A DNA stretch of 64,000 nucleotides from Candidatus Bathyarchaeia archaeon (GTDB taxonomy: Archaea; Thermoproteota; Bathyarchaeia; Bathyarchaeales; Bathycorpusculaceae), in contig JBEKTQ010000013.1 of NCBI GenBank assembly GCA_049515895.1, forward strand, positions 22,604-86,603, read 5' to 3'. A model generated the notes under the pieces. The model did not search any database, was not told where the DNA came from, and worked only from the letters and a program-made list of their open reading frames with translations. The position numbers and the translations under genes were made by a program. Below are positions 10,185-18,612 of the stretch, piece after piece (within the stretch, counting starts at the first letter, position 1; each line of letters opens with the position of its first letter).

Positions 10185-10466
10185 CTAGTATTCTCTTGTC
10201 CACCAGTGCCATTGGTTTCTTCCCCAGATAAGCCACATCAAGCCTATCACAAGTGCGGTTATGAATAGAGTGGCAATGAGGACAACAATGTCTTGAAAAA
10301 GATTGTATCCTTTCGACCAGAACAAGGCAAAAAATAGGATGAGTATGAGCCCGACAAGAATACCAACTATGGAGACAATAATTGGGACGAGAGGAAAACC
10401 TGACCGGTGCTTTTTTATATTCCAACTTTTTTCGTTTTCAGCTTGTCCTGAGTAATAGTTCAACAT
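10185..10466 (-). CDS. Small two-TM membrane protein
   Basis: Two hydrophobic segments; start codon uncertain. Confidence 0.55.
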   Translation of the reverse strand: MLNYYSGQAENEKSWNIKKHRSGFPLVPIIVSIVGILVGLILILFFALFWSKGYNLFQDIVVLIATLFITALVIGLMWLIWGRNQWHWWTREY

Positions 10467-10815
10467 AGTAATAGTCTATTTACGATGTTTTGAATATTCA
10501 TGATTGACGGTCATTGACGGTCATGCATCAAAACCACTTTCAAAGGTCTAAGCTGTTCTTAGAAGGAGTTTCTATCGCGTTGCTTTATGAAACATTCAAA
10601 TGCCGTTCGTCTTTTAATGAAGACTTATCTGAACCACGTGATGCTTGTTGGGCAAGATGATAGTTAATAGCTCAGGTACCGTCCCCAAATGCTATATACA
10701 AACAGAAATTAAACATTTCTAAATTTTGATATGTCTTTTATTACCCTTCCCATCTGAGGAAGCTACACTTAAATAGTATATTGAAAACTGAAAAGTGCAG
10801 TAAGAGTTGTGAAGT

Positions 10816-10892
10816 GCCGTCGTGGCTCAGCCCGGTAGAGCGGCTGGCTGTTAACCAGTCGGTCAAAGGTCCGAATCCTTTCGACGGCGCCA
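10816..10892 (+). tRNA. tRNA-Asn(GTT) with encoded CCA
   Basis: Acceptor stem GCCGTCG/CGACGGC, anticodon arm GCTGG-CTGTTAA-CCAGT, T arm AAAGG-TCCGAAT-CCTTT. Confidence 0.95.
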
Positions 10893-11016
10893 CCTCACAG
10901 TTATATCTACATTTATACTGAAATCTTAACATCTCCATTGCTACTATATTTTAGTCCCTTTATTTTCTAACAAAAACAATCGAAAAAATTGGAAAGACAC
11001 GGAAATTCTGTCAAAA

Positions 11017-11385
11017 CTACTTCTTTAGCTCTACAACTAAAAGATCAATATCTGAATTGCCGGCGTTAGTCGCTTCCTGGTTTTGTTCCTTAAGAAAAAC
11101 TACCGATCCCTGCTTTAAGTCAAGTTCCTGAGTGTTTCCTTCAGAAGTAAGTTTTAGACGTCCCCCTTTCAAAACATAAACTACATGTTCAGGGTGATGA
11201 TGCATCTTCGCCATGTCGCCTGGTTTAAAAATTACTTCGAGAACTCTTACCCGGTCATTTTCATTAATAAACTTGTAAACGTTGGAAGCGACTTTCATAG
11301 GGTCCATAGAATTACCCATCTTCGTCAAGAATTTCACCTCCTTCTCAGTCTGAAAAGCATTGATATCATTCGCAAACGATAACAT
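11017..11385 (-). CDS. Cupin domain protein (true start probably about 11319)
   Basis: ENDRVRVLE...PG...HHHPEHVVYVLKGG cupin motif. Confidence 0.85.
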   Translation of the reverse strand: MLSFANDINAFQTEKEVKFLTKMGNSMDPMKVASNVYKFINENDRVRVLEVIFKPGDMAKMHHHPEHVVYVLKGGRLKLTSEGNTQELDLKQGSVVFLKEQNQEATNAGNSDIDLLVVELKK

Positions 11386-11580
11386 GAGCCGTTGTGTCTA
11401 ACCTTTCGCAATCACAAGAAAGGAGTCAGCGTTTCCTTAGATTGCTAACTGGTTCTTCAGATTGGGGTAAATGGACCAAGTTTCACTTTGCGTTAACCTT
11501 GAAAGGTGAACTTTGAGTCTGTAGTTTGGCTTCATACAGGATATATATTGATTTTACTATTTTCATTTGAAGGTTTGCTC

Positions 11581-12048
11581 ATGACAGATAAGGCAAGAAT
11601 ACTCTTAATAGACGATGACAAAAACATCCGTCAAACATTGGAAATTGTTCTTCAAGAAGAAGGCTACATTGTTGACACGGCTGAGACTGGGAAAGAAGCT
11701 GTTGAAAAGACTTTTGCTAATTTCTATAACATTGCGATCGTGGATTGGCGATTGCCCGACATTGACGGAACAATACTTATTACACAACTGAAAGAAACAA
11801 CGCCGAAAATGGCAAAAATAATGCTCACAGGCTACCCGTCTATGAACAACGCGATAGAGGCAGTCAACCAGCACGCCGACGCTTTCCTGGTAAAACCAGT
11901 CGCCGTTGAAGAACTGCTGAAGAAAATCCGTGAACTCCTCATCCTGCAACAAGAAAACAGGGAGTTTGCTGAAACAAAAATAGTATCCTTTATCGAAACT
12001 AGAACTCAACAAATCTTGCAAGAAGACGGCATGCGACCTGAAAAATAG
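11581..12048 (+). CDS. Stand-alone response regulator receiver protein
   Basis: ILLIDDD, phosphoacceptor D in IVDWRLPDIDG, MLTG and FLVKP. Probable start is ATG 11581; no histidine kinase in the window. Confidence 0.9.
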   Translation: MTDKARILLIDDDKNIRQTLEIVLQEEGYIVDTAETGKEAVEKTFANFYNIAIVDWRLPDIDGTILITQLKETTPKMAKIMLTGYPSMNNAIEAVNQHADAFLVKPVAVEELLKKIRELLILQQENREFAETKIVSFIETRTQQILQEDGMRPEK

Positions 12049-12131
12049 AATAAAGAAAAGTTAACAAATTAGCAATCCTTTTCTATCACTTTAAAATCAG
12101 TTGCCGAATTTTTTCTAAATTAAACCTTGAG

Positions 12132-12395
12132 CTAGTCTCTGCATTTGAGACCCTTATGAGCCTGCAAGACAATTGATGTGACCGTGCCCTTTACTCCATG
12201 AATTTTCATGATCTTGTTTTTTAAGATATCTCGGAACTGTTCAATGTCGGAAGCTGATATAAGCGCGACTATGTCAAACTCTCCAGTCACCTCGTGAAGC
12301 TCTTCAACGTCCTCCATTCTAGAGAGAGCCTCGACGACTTCGTCTATTAGTTGTGATTCAACAAAAATATCAACGAAAGCGTGAAGATGCGGCAA
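12132..12395 (-). CDS. Stand-alone Lrp/AsnC ligand-binding (RAM) domain protein
   Basis: EVTGEFDIV...KIHGVKGTVTSIVL; no HTH domain. Confidence 0.88.
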   Translation of the reverse strand: MPHLHAFVDIFVESQLIDEVVEALSRMEDVEELHEVTGEFDIVALISASDIEQFRDILKNKIMKIHGVKGTVTSIVLQAHKGLKCRD

Positions 12396-12449
12396 CTAAC
12401 TCACCTTTTATTGGCTCAATCAATCTGTAATCAGCCACTCTATATGATT

Positions 12450-13727
12450 TTATTCGAAGAATATATGTTTAAGGTTCATAACATCTCTGTATTGGACTAC
12501 GCCAACTATTTTTCCATCTGGGTCAACTATTGGCAGCGCTCTGAAGCTGTATCTAGCGAAGAGCAGCGAAGCGTCTTTAAGCGTGCTTGTCGTTTTTAAG
12601 AAAATAAAATTTCGCTGCATTATGTCTTCAAGCTTTGTCGTAGCCTTTAGCGGCGCTTTCAACAGCTCTTTTATGTCGATGACCCCCAATAATTTTCCTT
12701 CAGCGTTGATAACGTAAAGGTACATAACTTCATCTTTGTCCTCAGCATCTTTCGGGTAATCCTCTTGCGCCTTCATCACAGTTTCGTTGGGTGGATAGCT
12801 TAGAAATTTTTGCGTGGCAAAATTGATAACGTTTTCATTGTGTTGTCCAAGAATAGCTTGAATCTTAGCTACATTATTTTTGACCATTGATTTCATTATT
12901 GCTTCGGCTTCTGGGACGGGCAATACTGAAAGTATGTCGGCGGCTTGACCAGGCGTCATGACGTTGAGAAGTTGGGCAACCTTTTTCTTTTCTAACGAAG
13001 CTATTAATGCCCTTTGAACAGTAGGATTTATTTCTTCTAGAGTGTCTGAAGCTCTCTCCTCAGTCAGTCCGTCAAAAATCTTGACCCTATGCTCATTATC
13101 CATTTCTTCTAGAACGTCCGCCAAGTCCACGGGTCCCAACATGTCCAATTTATCTTTTAGGACTTTAAGTTTTATCTCTCCCTTAAAACTTCCAAGGTTT
13201 TCTAAAGGTTGGATGTACGTCCAAGGAACCATCTTGCTTTCTTCGACTTCCCCAACGGTCTTAGCCAAAAAACGAAGATGCATTCTTTTGTAAAGTCTTT
13301 GTTTGCTAAAGTCCACGTCGCAAACGTACAGCTTGCCGTTTTTCATTGTGAGAAGTATGTCGTAAACAACATCTATGTCGCGTTCTTCAACATCTAAGAC
13401 TTTTTTGTCAAGAACATAGTCTTTAAGCAAGATCGCTTCTTCTTGGAGGTCTTTCGCGTAATCGGCCACATCACCAATGTTAACACCAACTTCTTTCTTT
13501 GAAAAACTAGTTACCTTTTCCCACTCAATAATCAATGGAGGATAACCAAAAGACCGCCCAACATACAGGTGGGTGACAACTGGGAACTTTCCACCGTTTT
13601 CTTTAACGATCAGGTCAGCAAGTTTTCCAATTTTCTTCGTGTCTTTCAGGACCCTTTTACCAATCATGTCGCTCAGGAAGAATTGTTTCTCATTTTGGGT
13701 TTCTGCATGTGCAGCCATGTCAATCAC
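12450..13727 (-). CDS. MgtE-like cytosolic protein (PRC-barrel, MgtE N-domain, CBS pair; no TM domain)
   Basis: DLADVLEEM, AADILS and CBS motifs (YLYVINAEGKLLGVI, ALPIVDPDGKIVGVV). Confidence 0.88.
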   Translation of the reverse strand: MIDMAAHAETQNEKQFFLSDMIGKRVLKDTKKIGKLADLIVKENGGKFPVVTHLYVGRSFGYPPLIIEWEKVTSFSKKEVGVNIGDVADYAKDLQEEAILLKDYVLDKKVLDVEERDIDVVYDILLTMKNGKLYVCDVDFSKQRLYKRMHLRFLAKTVGEVEESKMVPWTYIQPLENLGSFKGEIKLKVLKDKLDMLGPVDLADVLEEMDNEHRVKIFDGLTEERASDTLEEINPTVQRALIASLEKKKVAQLLNVMTPGQAADILSVLPVPEAEAIMKSMVKNNVAKIQAILGQHNENVINFATQKFLSYPPNETVMKAQEDYPKDAEDKDEVMYLYVINAEGKLLGVIDIKELLKAPLKATTKLEDIMQRNFIFLKTTSTLKDASLLFARYSFRALPIVDPDGKIVGVVQYRDVMNLKHIFFE

Positions 13728-13733
13728 CTAATA

Positions 13734-13907
13734 CTAATGCAATAAAGTGATGAATTTGTAAAGCAACATGGCAATCAAGAATACGAGGTAAAGTCGCAAA
13801 GCAAGTAAAGCGAATTTTACGGGTCTTGACATTTGGATTTTGGGCTTCGAGTATTTCTGGTTTATTTCTCGAATTTTGTTTATGAGGTTCTTTACAGGGT
13901 TTATCAT
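13734..13907 (-). CDS. 57-aa single-TM protein between NRAMP and MgtE-like genes (not in ORF track)
   Basis: MINPVKNLINKIREINQKYSKPKIQMSRPVKFALLALRLYLVFLIAMLLYKFITLLH; GGTGA RBS; fills the operon gap. Confidence 0.75.
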   Translation of the reverse strand: MINPVKNLINKIREINQKYSKPKIQMSRPVKFALLALRLYLVFLIAMLLYKFITLLH

Positions 13908-13925
13908 TTATTTCACCTATTAGCG

Positions 13926-15191
13926 TTATCCAAAGAGCCTTGGGAAGATTGTGCCCATGGCGTAGAGTGTAGATAACAAAATTATTGTTACAATTATGAT
14001 TACCGCAAGTATATTTTGCAACTTCGAATTTTTGTATTTCCCCACAACCTCTTCTTGATTTAGGAGCAGGAGTAAAAACGTGAGCGCTGCCGGAAGCAAC
14101 GTCACAGCAATCACCTGAACAAACAGTGTGATTAGTATGAGCGGAGCCTTTGGAATTAAGACTATTGTTGCTGCTCCGACTAGTATTAAGACACGGAATA
14201 CGTAGAATCCTGGTGCTGCTTTAAATGGATGGTTAAGCGAGTGCGGCCACCCGAAAACCTCACCCCATGCCCAAGCACTGGCTAATGATATACATATGGC
14301 ACCAAGGAGCCCAGCGTCAAAAAGACCAATTGCAACAGCGGTGCCCACATACCTATTTATGGATAGTATTCGTAATGCACCTGTTGCTGCATCTTGTATG
14401 TTAGCGTGAGGAAGAAGAGTGGCAAAGATAATTATGCAGAAGACGGCAACGATAATCGTGAAGAAGCTTCCGATCGCTGTGTCCACTCGGGAGAATTTAA
14501 TGTCTTTTTCTTGAATGCCTTTGTCTACTACAGAACTCTGTTGGAAGAAGATCATCCAAGGAGCTATTGTTGTGCCAATATTAGCCATAATGAAGAACAT
14601 AACATTGCTAGTGAGTCCATATGGAAAGCTTGGAATAAGACCACTTAATGCAGAATGTAGAGGAACGTTGATCAAAAACGCTGCTGGGATAAATATCAGG
14701 TTGAGAACGCAAAATACAAGAACAATTTTTTCCCAGGTCCAGTAGCGTCCAGAAATAACCATTGACATGATCAAGCAGATGACCACGATGACCGTGATTA
14801 TGGACGGCACGCCAAAGATGCTCAGGGCGGCAGTCATCCCGACAAATTCCGTTACTATTGTCAAGAAGTCTGTCAACGTCAAATCAAGAAGGGAAAACCA
14901 GCCCCAAAATGAACCAAAGGCATCAAAAATTGCCTCAGCGTGGCCACGTTTTGTTATCGCCCCAAGCCTGACAGTCATTTCTTGGCAAATGTAAGCTACA
15001 GGTCCCAGAAGGACCTCAATCCAGATAAAGCTGAAGAGGAAAAGAGCTCCTGTCACTGTGTAGGTTGTAATACCTCCAGCGTCGTTGTCCGCAACCATCA
15101 CAATGATGCCTGGGCCAGCTATAGCCAAGAAGAGTGAGAACATTTTTGCGGATCTTCGCCAAACATAGTATAAGCGGGATAGAAGATTCAT
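13926..15191 (-). CDS. NRAMP family divalent cation transporter (Mg2+-type subgroup)
   Basis: GPGIIVMVADNDAGGITTY, QEMTVRLG and IGTTIAPWMIFFQQS motifs. Confidence 0.92.
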   Translation of the reverse strand: MNLLSRLYYVWRRSAKMFSLFLAIAGPGIIVMVADNDAGGITTYTVTGALFLFSFIWIEVLLGPVAYICQEMTVRLGAITKRGHAEAIFDAFGSFWGWFSLLDLTLTDFLTIVTEFVGMTAALSIFGVPSIITVIVVICLIMSMVISGRYWTWEKIVLVFCVLNLIFIPAAFLINVPLHSALSGLIPSFPYGLTSNVMFFIMANIGTTIAPWMIFFQQSSVVDKGIQEKDIKFSRVDTAIGSFFTIIVAVFCIIIFATLLPHANIQDAATGALRILSINRYVGTAVAIGLFDAGLLGAICISLASAWAWGEVFGWPHSLNHPFKAAPGFYVFRVLILVGAATIVLIPKAPLILITLFVQVIAVTLLPAALTFLLLLLNQEEVVGKYKNSKLQNILAVIIIVTIILLSTLYAMGTIFPRLFG

Positions 15192-15479
15192 AGCGTACCC
15201 GCCCCAGAAATTTTAGCTGCCCAACAGACAGGAGGTTTTAAACGTGGGCTCAAGTATTCGCATTCGAAGTTTGGGCTAGACAATCTTTGGAATTGTGTTT
15301 GCTGCCAAGCCCCTTTCGTCCGATTTGAATCCGCCTCTCGATTTTATCTTTTCAAGGAAAGCGCCTTCATCGCTTATAGGCATTCCTCTAGGCGCTCCTA
15401 ACATTATGACGCAGATTAAACGTTGACTTTTGTTTTGCTCCGAAAGGCTAATTACCCTTGCACACCCAAAATCGTACCC

Positions 15480-15686
15480 ATGAGAAATTGGTTGGCAGGA
15501 ATCATCGCTTTTGCCGGTTTGATATTTTTCTTCTTCTTTGAAAGAAACCTTGTGGGACTTATCGTTCTGATAGTTTGCGCAGCGGCGGCGGCAATTCTGT
15601 TTTCAGAAAGGGAAATGGATGAGCGGGTAAAGAAACTAAAAGAGGAGAGGCAGGAGCGTAGAAGAAAACAAGAGAGTGATGTGTGA
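15480..15686 (+). CDS. Small two-TM membrane protein with charged tail
   Basis: Hydrophobic hairpin then an E/K/R-rich tail; probable ATG at 15480. Confidence 0.55.
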   Translation: MRNWLAGIIAFAGLIFFFFFERNLVGLIVLIVCAAAAAILFSEREMDERVKKLKEERQERRRKQESDV

Positions 15687-16014
15687 GAGCCTCTTTCTCG
15701 CGTAAAAACAAAAATCATGAGCAGCAGCACTTTGAGGAGCTGCTAGTGGACAACTGACGTGATTGCTGTTATACAACAACAAATCGTTTTAAGCGCTTGA
15801 TTGCTTATGGATTTTACGAGTAGTCAATGAAGAAATGCTCATGGTCTGGCAGGGTAGATACCTAATCTATTGCCAACCTCATAGCAGGAATTCTTCTCTT
15901 GCCGCTACTCACTTGAAAAACAGATGGAGTTCTAAGTAAAATCAGTTGCCAACTGCGCAACTGTATAAAATTCAGTACAATAACATTGCCAAATAAATCA
16001 GAGTTTGAATACCT

Positions 16015-16950
16015 ATGAGTTCAGAACCTGAATCACTTAAAAGTTGGGCTATGAGTTTCTGGGAGCACATCGATGAATTAGTTCGCCGACTGAAAGTGGT
16101 CCTTGTCACCCTGATAATCGCCATCGGAGTCGGGTGGATACCAACCAGTTTGGCTGGAATCACTAATCCAGTTGGCATGTATCAGCCGATGATTGCGCCT
16201 TTAATGGTGCGGCTAAAAGACGAGTTTCTTCCCAAGCAAGCGACTCTGATTGCAGGCGGGATGGCGGACACAGTATTTGCTATGGCTTACCTGTCAGTAA
16301 TCATTGGGGTGTTGTTGGCTTCCCCAGTCATATTTTACGAAGTCATAGCATTCATCAAACCAGCATTGTACGATAATGAGAAGAAGGTTCTCGGCTACTA
16401 CTTGGGCTCGTTCATAGGCCTCCTGGCTTTAGGTGTAGCCATGGCTTACTTTTTTGTTATTCCCATTTCATTTCGAATTTTGATTTACTTTACAATTCAG
16501 GGGGGCGCCACGCCGTTTATCGTCATCAAGGATTTTTACAACTGGATTTATACGATTTTTGTGTTATGCGGAGTTTTCTACACTATCCCCGTCTTCATCA
16601 TTATGCTGGTGCACGTCGGAGTGCTGCCCATGAAGTACCTGAGCGGACGCAACAAACTTTTCGTTTACTTGGCTATTCTTTTGATATTTTGGGTATTTGG
16701 ACCAGATCCCACGCCGGTAACAGGCGCAATTATCATGGCACCCTTCGTCGTTGTCTTCGAGATTGCATCATTTTTCGGCCGAAGAATCGAAAAGACCCGC
16801 AAAAGTAGAAAAGAAACGGAGACCTCTAGCACCTATGGAACAGCAAAAACTGGATTCATAGCTTTTCCGAAGAACGCCTGCAAATTTTGCAATGCGCCAG
16901 TTGCTCCAGGTGCAACGTTTTGTCCTGGATGTAACCGCGCAGCGAAATAA
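16015..16950 (+). CDS. tatC: Twin-arginine translocase subunit TatC with C-terminal zinc ribbon
   Basis: MSFWEHIDELVRRL, FIKPALY and PDP motifs; C-terminal CKFC...CPGC. Confidence 0.9.
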   Translation: MSSEPESLKSWAMSFWEHIDELVRRLKVVLVTLIIAIGVGWIPTSLAGITNPVGMYQPMIAPLMVRLKDEFLPKQATLIAGGMADTVFAMAYLSVIIGVLLASPVIFYEVIAFIKPALYDNEKKVLGYYLGSFIGLLALGVAMAYFFVIPISFRILIYFTIQGGATPFIVIKDFYNWIYTIFVLCGVFYTIPVFIIMLVHVGVLPMKYLSGRNKLFVYLAILLIFWVFGPDPTPVTGAIIMAPFVVVFEIASFFGRRIEKTRKSRKETETSSTYGTAKTGFIAFPKNACKFCNAPVAPGATFCPGCNRAAK

Positions 16951-17051
16951 GACAATTCTTCAGGTCATTAATTGAAACAAAAACTGTTACTGCGACGAAG
17001 TTTAAAGTGATTAACTAAACAAAAAAGGCTTAAAACCGTGAACTATTTTTT

Positions 17052-17156
17052 CTAATTGAGAGGCTTTGTTCTCAATTCTATCCTGATTCTGTACAATACG
17101 AAGGCAACTGAGCCAAAGATTGCGGCTATTGAAGCTAAATCAATTATTCCAAACAT
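17052..17156 (-). CDS. 34-aa single-TM microprotein (paralog of 23633-23731)
   Basis: MFGIIDLASIAAIFGSVAFVLYRIRIELRTKPLN; GGTGA RBS; own TATA box and operator. Confidence 0.7.
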   Translation of the reverse strand: MFGIIDLASIAAIFGSVAFVLYRIRIELRTKPLN

Positions 17157-17199
17157 GTTTTCACCATTTTGTTTTATAATTACTTAGTTGCCTAGATAA

Positions 17200-17238
17200 A
17201 TATAAATATACTTATGAATTGTTCATAATTTTTCATAA
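17200..17238 (-). promoter_or_regulatory. Palindromic operator plus TATA box (site 1 of 5)
   Basis: Perfect TTATGAA-N3-TTCATAA at 17212-17228, then a 5-nt spacer and TTTATAT on the minus strand. Confidence 0.75.
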
Positions 17239-17322
17239 ACTCTAAACAAGCGTCTAAAACCATACAGAAAATTTATATGCGATAACCGCAATTACTTTAA
17301 TTAAAAAAGAGGTAAAAAAAAA

Positions 17323-17559
17323 TTGAAAGCCTATATTCTCTTAAGCACCAAGCCAGGCACATCGTTGGAAGTCGTTAAGAGGCTAAAAGAAAAAGTCAAA
17401 GAAACCGTTACCGCCGACGCCATATTCGGACGATATGACGCAATCGTAGTGCTTGAAGCTCAAGCGCTCGAAGAAATAAACCAAGTTGTTTACAGAATAA
17501 TCGAAAAAGATCCCAACGTCATCCGAACGGAAACATCCATCGTCCTGTCACCGATGTAG
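17323..17559 (+). CDS. Stand-alone Lrp/AsnC ligand-binding domain protein
   Basis: KAYILL...IFGRYDAIV...VIRTETSIV. Confidence 0.88.
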   Translation: MKAYILLSTKPGTSLEVVKRLKEKVKETVTADAIFGRYDAIVVLEAQALEEINQVVYRIIEKDPNVIRTETSIVLSPM

Positions 17560-17649
17560 TTCTCAAGCGAATGCTATAAGAACCCCAATATTTTTTGTTT
17601 TAATCCCTAGTTTCTTACAAACCGGAAAAAAGTCAAATAAAAATCGTTT

Positions 17650-17943
17650 CTAAGCTGTCGGCGGTTCAGATTGACCGTCTTCCTCGGTGCACTTCGGCCC
17701 TTTATGAGCTTTAAGCACGATGGAACTGACTGTGCTTTTTACGCCTTTTATTTTCATGATTTTGTTCTTGAGGATCTCTCGAAATTCCTCTATGTCTGCT
17801 GCTGAGACCAATGTTACGATGTCAAATTCCCCTGTGACTTCGTAGAGTTCTTCGAGATGGTCCAATTCTGCAAGTGAGGTTAGGACGCTGTCCATTTCTG
17901 GAGATTCTACAAATATGTCCACGAATGCTAGTAATCTTGGCAT
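17650..17943 (-). CDS. Stand-alone Lrp/AsnC ligand-binding domain protein
   Basis: EVTGEFDIV...KIKGVKSTVSSIVL; close paralog of 12132-12395. Confidence 0.88.
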   Translation of the reverse strand: MPRLLAFVDIFVESPEMDSVLTSLAELDHLEELYEVTGEFDIVTLVSAADIEEFREILKNKIMKIKGVKSTVSSIVLKAHKGPKCTEEDGQSEPPTA

Positions 17944-18123
17944 ATGGGTCGTCTTTCCTATTTGAACATCGAACTCGGATATTTATACTTTTTCTTGCAA
18001 TACGGACATTACTTTCATTTTTTACACGACAATTGCGCAGTATTATAAAAATAAGTTGGACACATGTTAAAATACGCTAAAGCGAGCCTTCTATCAACAA
18101 GCAACCATCACCCGACATTGGCC

Positions 18124-18600
18124 CTAACCATTTGCAGTGAAATTACCATAGACCAAAGGGTAATCCTTTATCAACAGCAAATTAAGCTGCAAAACATCGA
18201 CGTATGGATTTCCGAAAACCCAAAGCGTTCCCTGCTGATTCCGATTAACGATGCCAGTTAACGTTTCAGCGGGAATGCCTGTTGCGTTGCTTACCGCGGG
18301 TACCTGTGAAATGGCGTCCCGAAGCGTGATGTCTGGGTCAACGCCTGATGCTGAAGGATCAGAGGTTTCGTTTCTTGTATGGAAGAAAATGGGCAGTGTA
18401 AAGCTTTGCGCTATAAGGGTTGACCCGATGGTTTGACCGTTAGGTAACTTGGCTAAGTCGCCGTTCGCTTGGTTGGAGAAGAAAACTTGGCCTATGCCAG
18501 TGATAAAAAACGGGTAAAGTAATCCGCAGATCAGCAGCGAAACAAGTGCTAATCCGATAATTGGTTTGAAGTTCCATTTTTCCTTCTCTTGTTCAGTCAT
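18124..18600 (-). CDS. kdpC: K+-transporting ATPase subunit C
   Basis: GLLYP...QANG...GSTLIAQ and SASGVDPDI motifs. Confidence 0.93.
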   Translation of the reverse strand: MTEQEKEKWNFKPIIGLALVSLLICGLLYPFFITGIGQVFFSNQANGDLAKLPNGQTIGSTLIAQSFTLPIFFHTRNETSDPSASGVDPDITLRDAISQVPAVSNATGIPAETLTGIVNRNQQGTLWVFGNPYVDVLQLNLLLIKDYPLVYGNFTANG

Positions 18601-18612
18601 TGTGGCTTTCTC

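Noticed and set aside
10503-10523. TTGACGGTCA tandem decamer
   Set aside because: Two copies are too few to interpret, although the spacing echoes the array at 59471.
10741-10938. 65-aa ORF
   Set aside because: It is antisense to tRNA-Asn.
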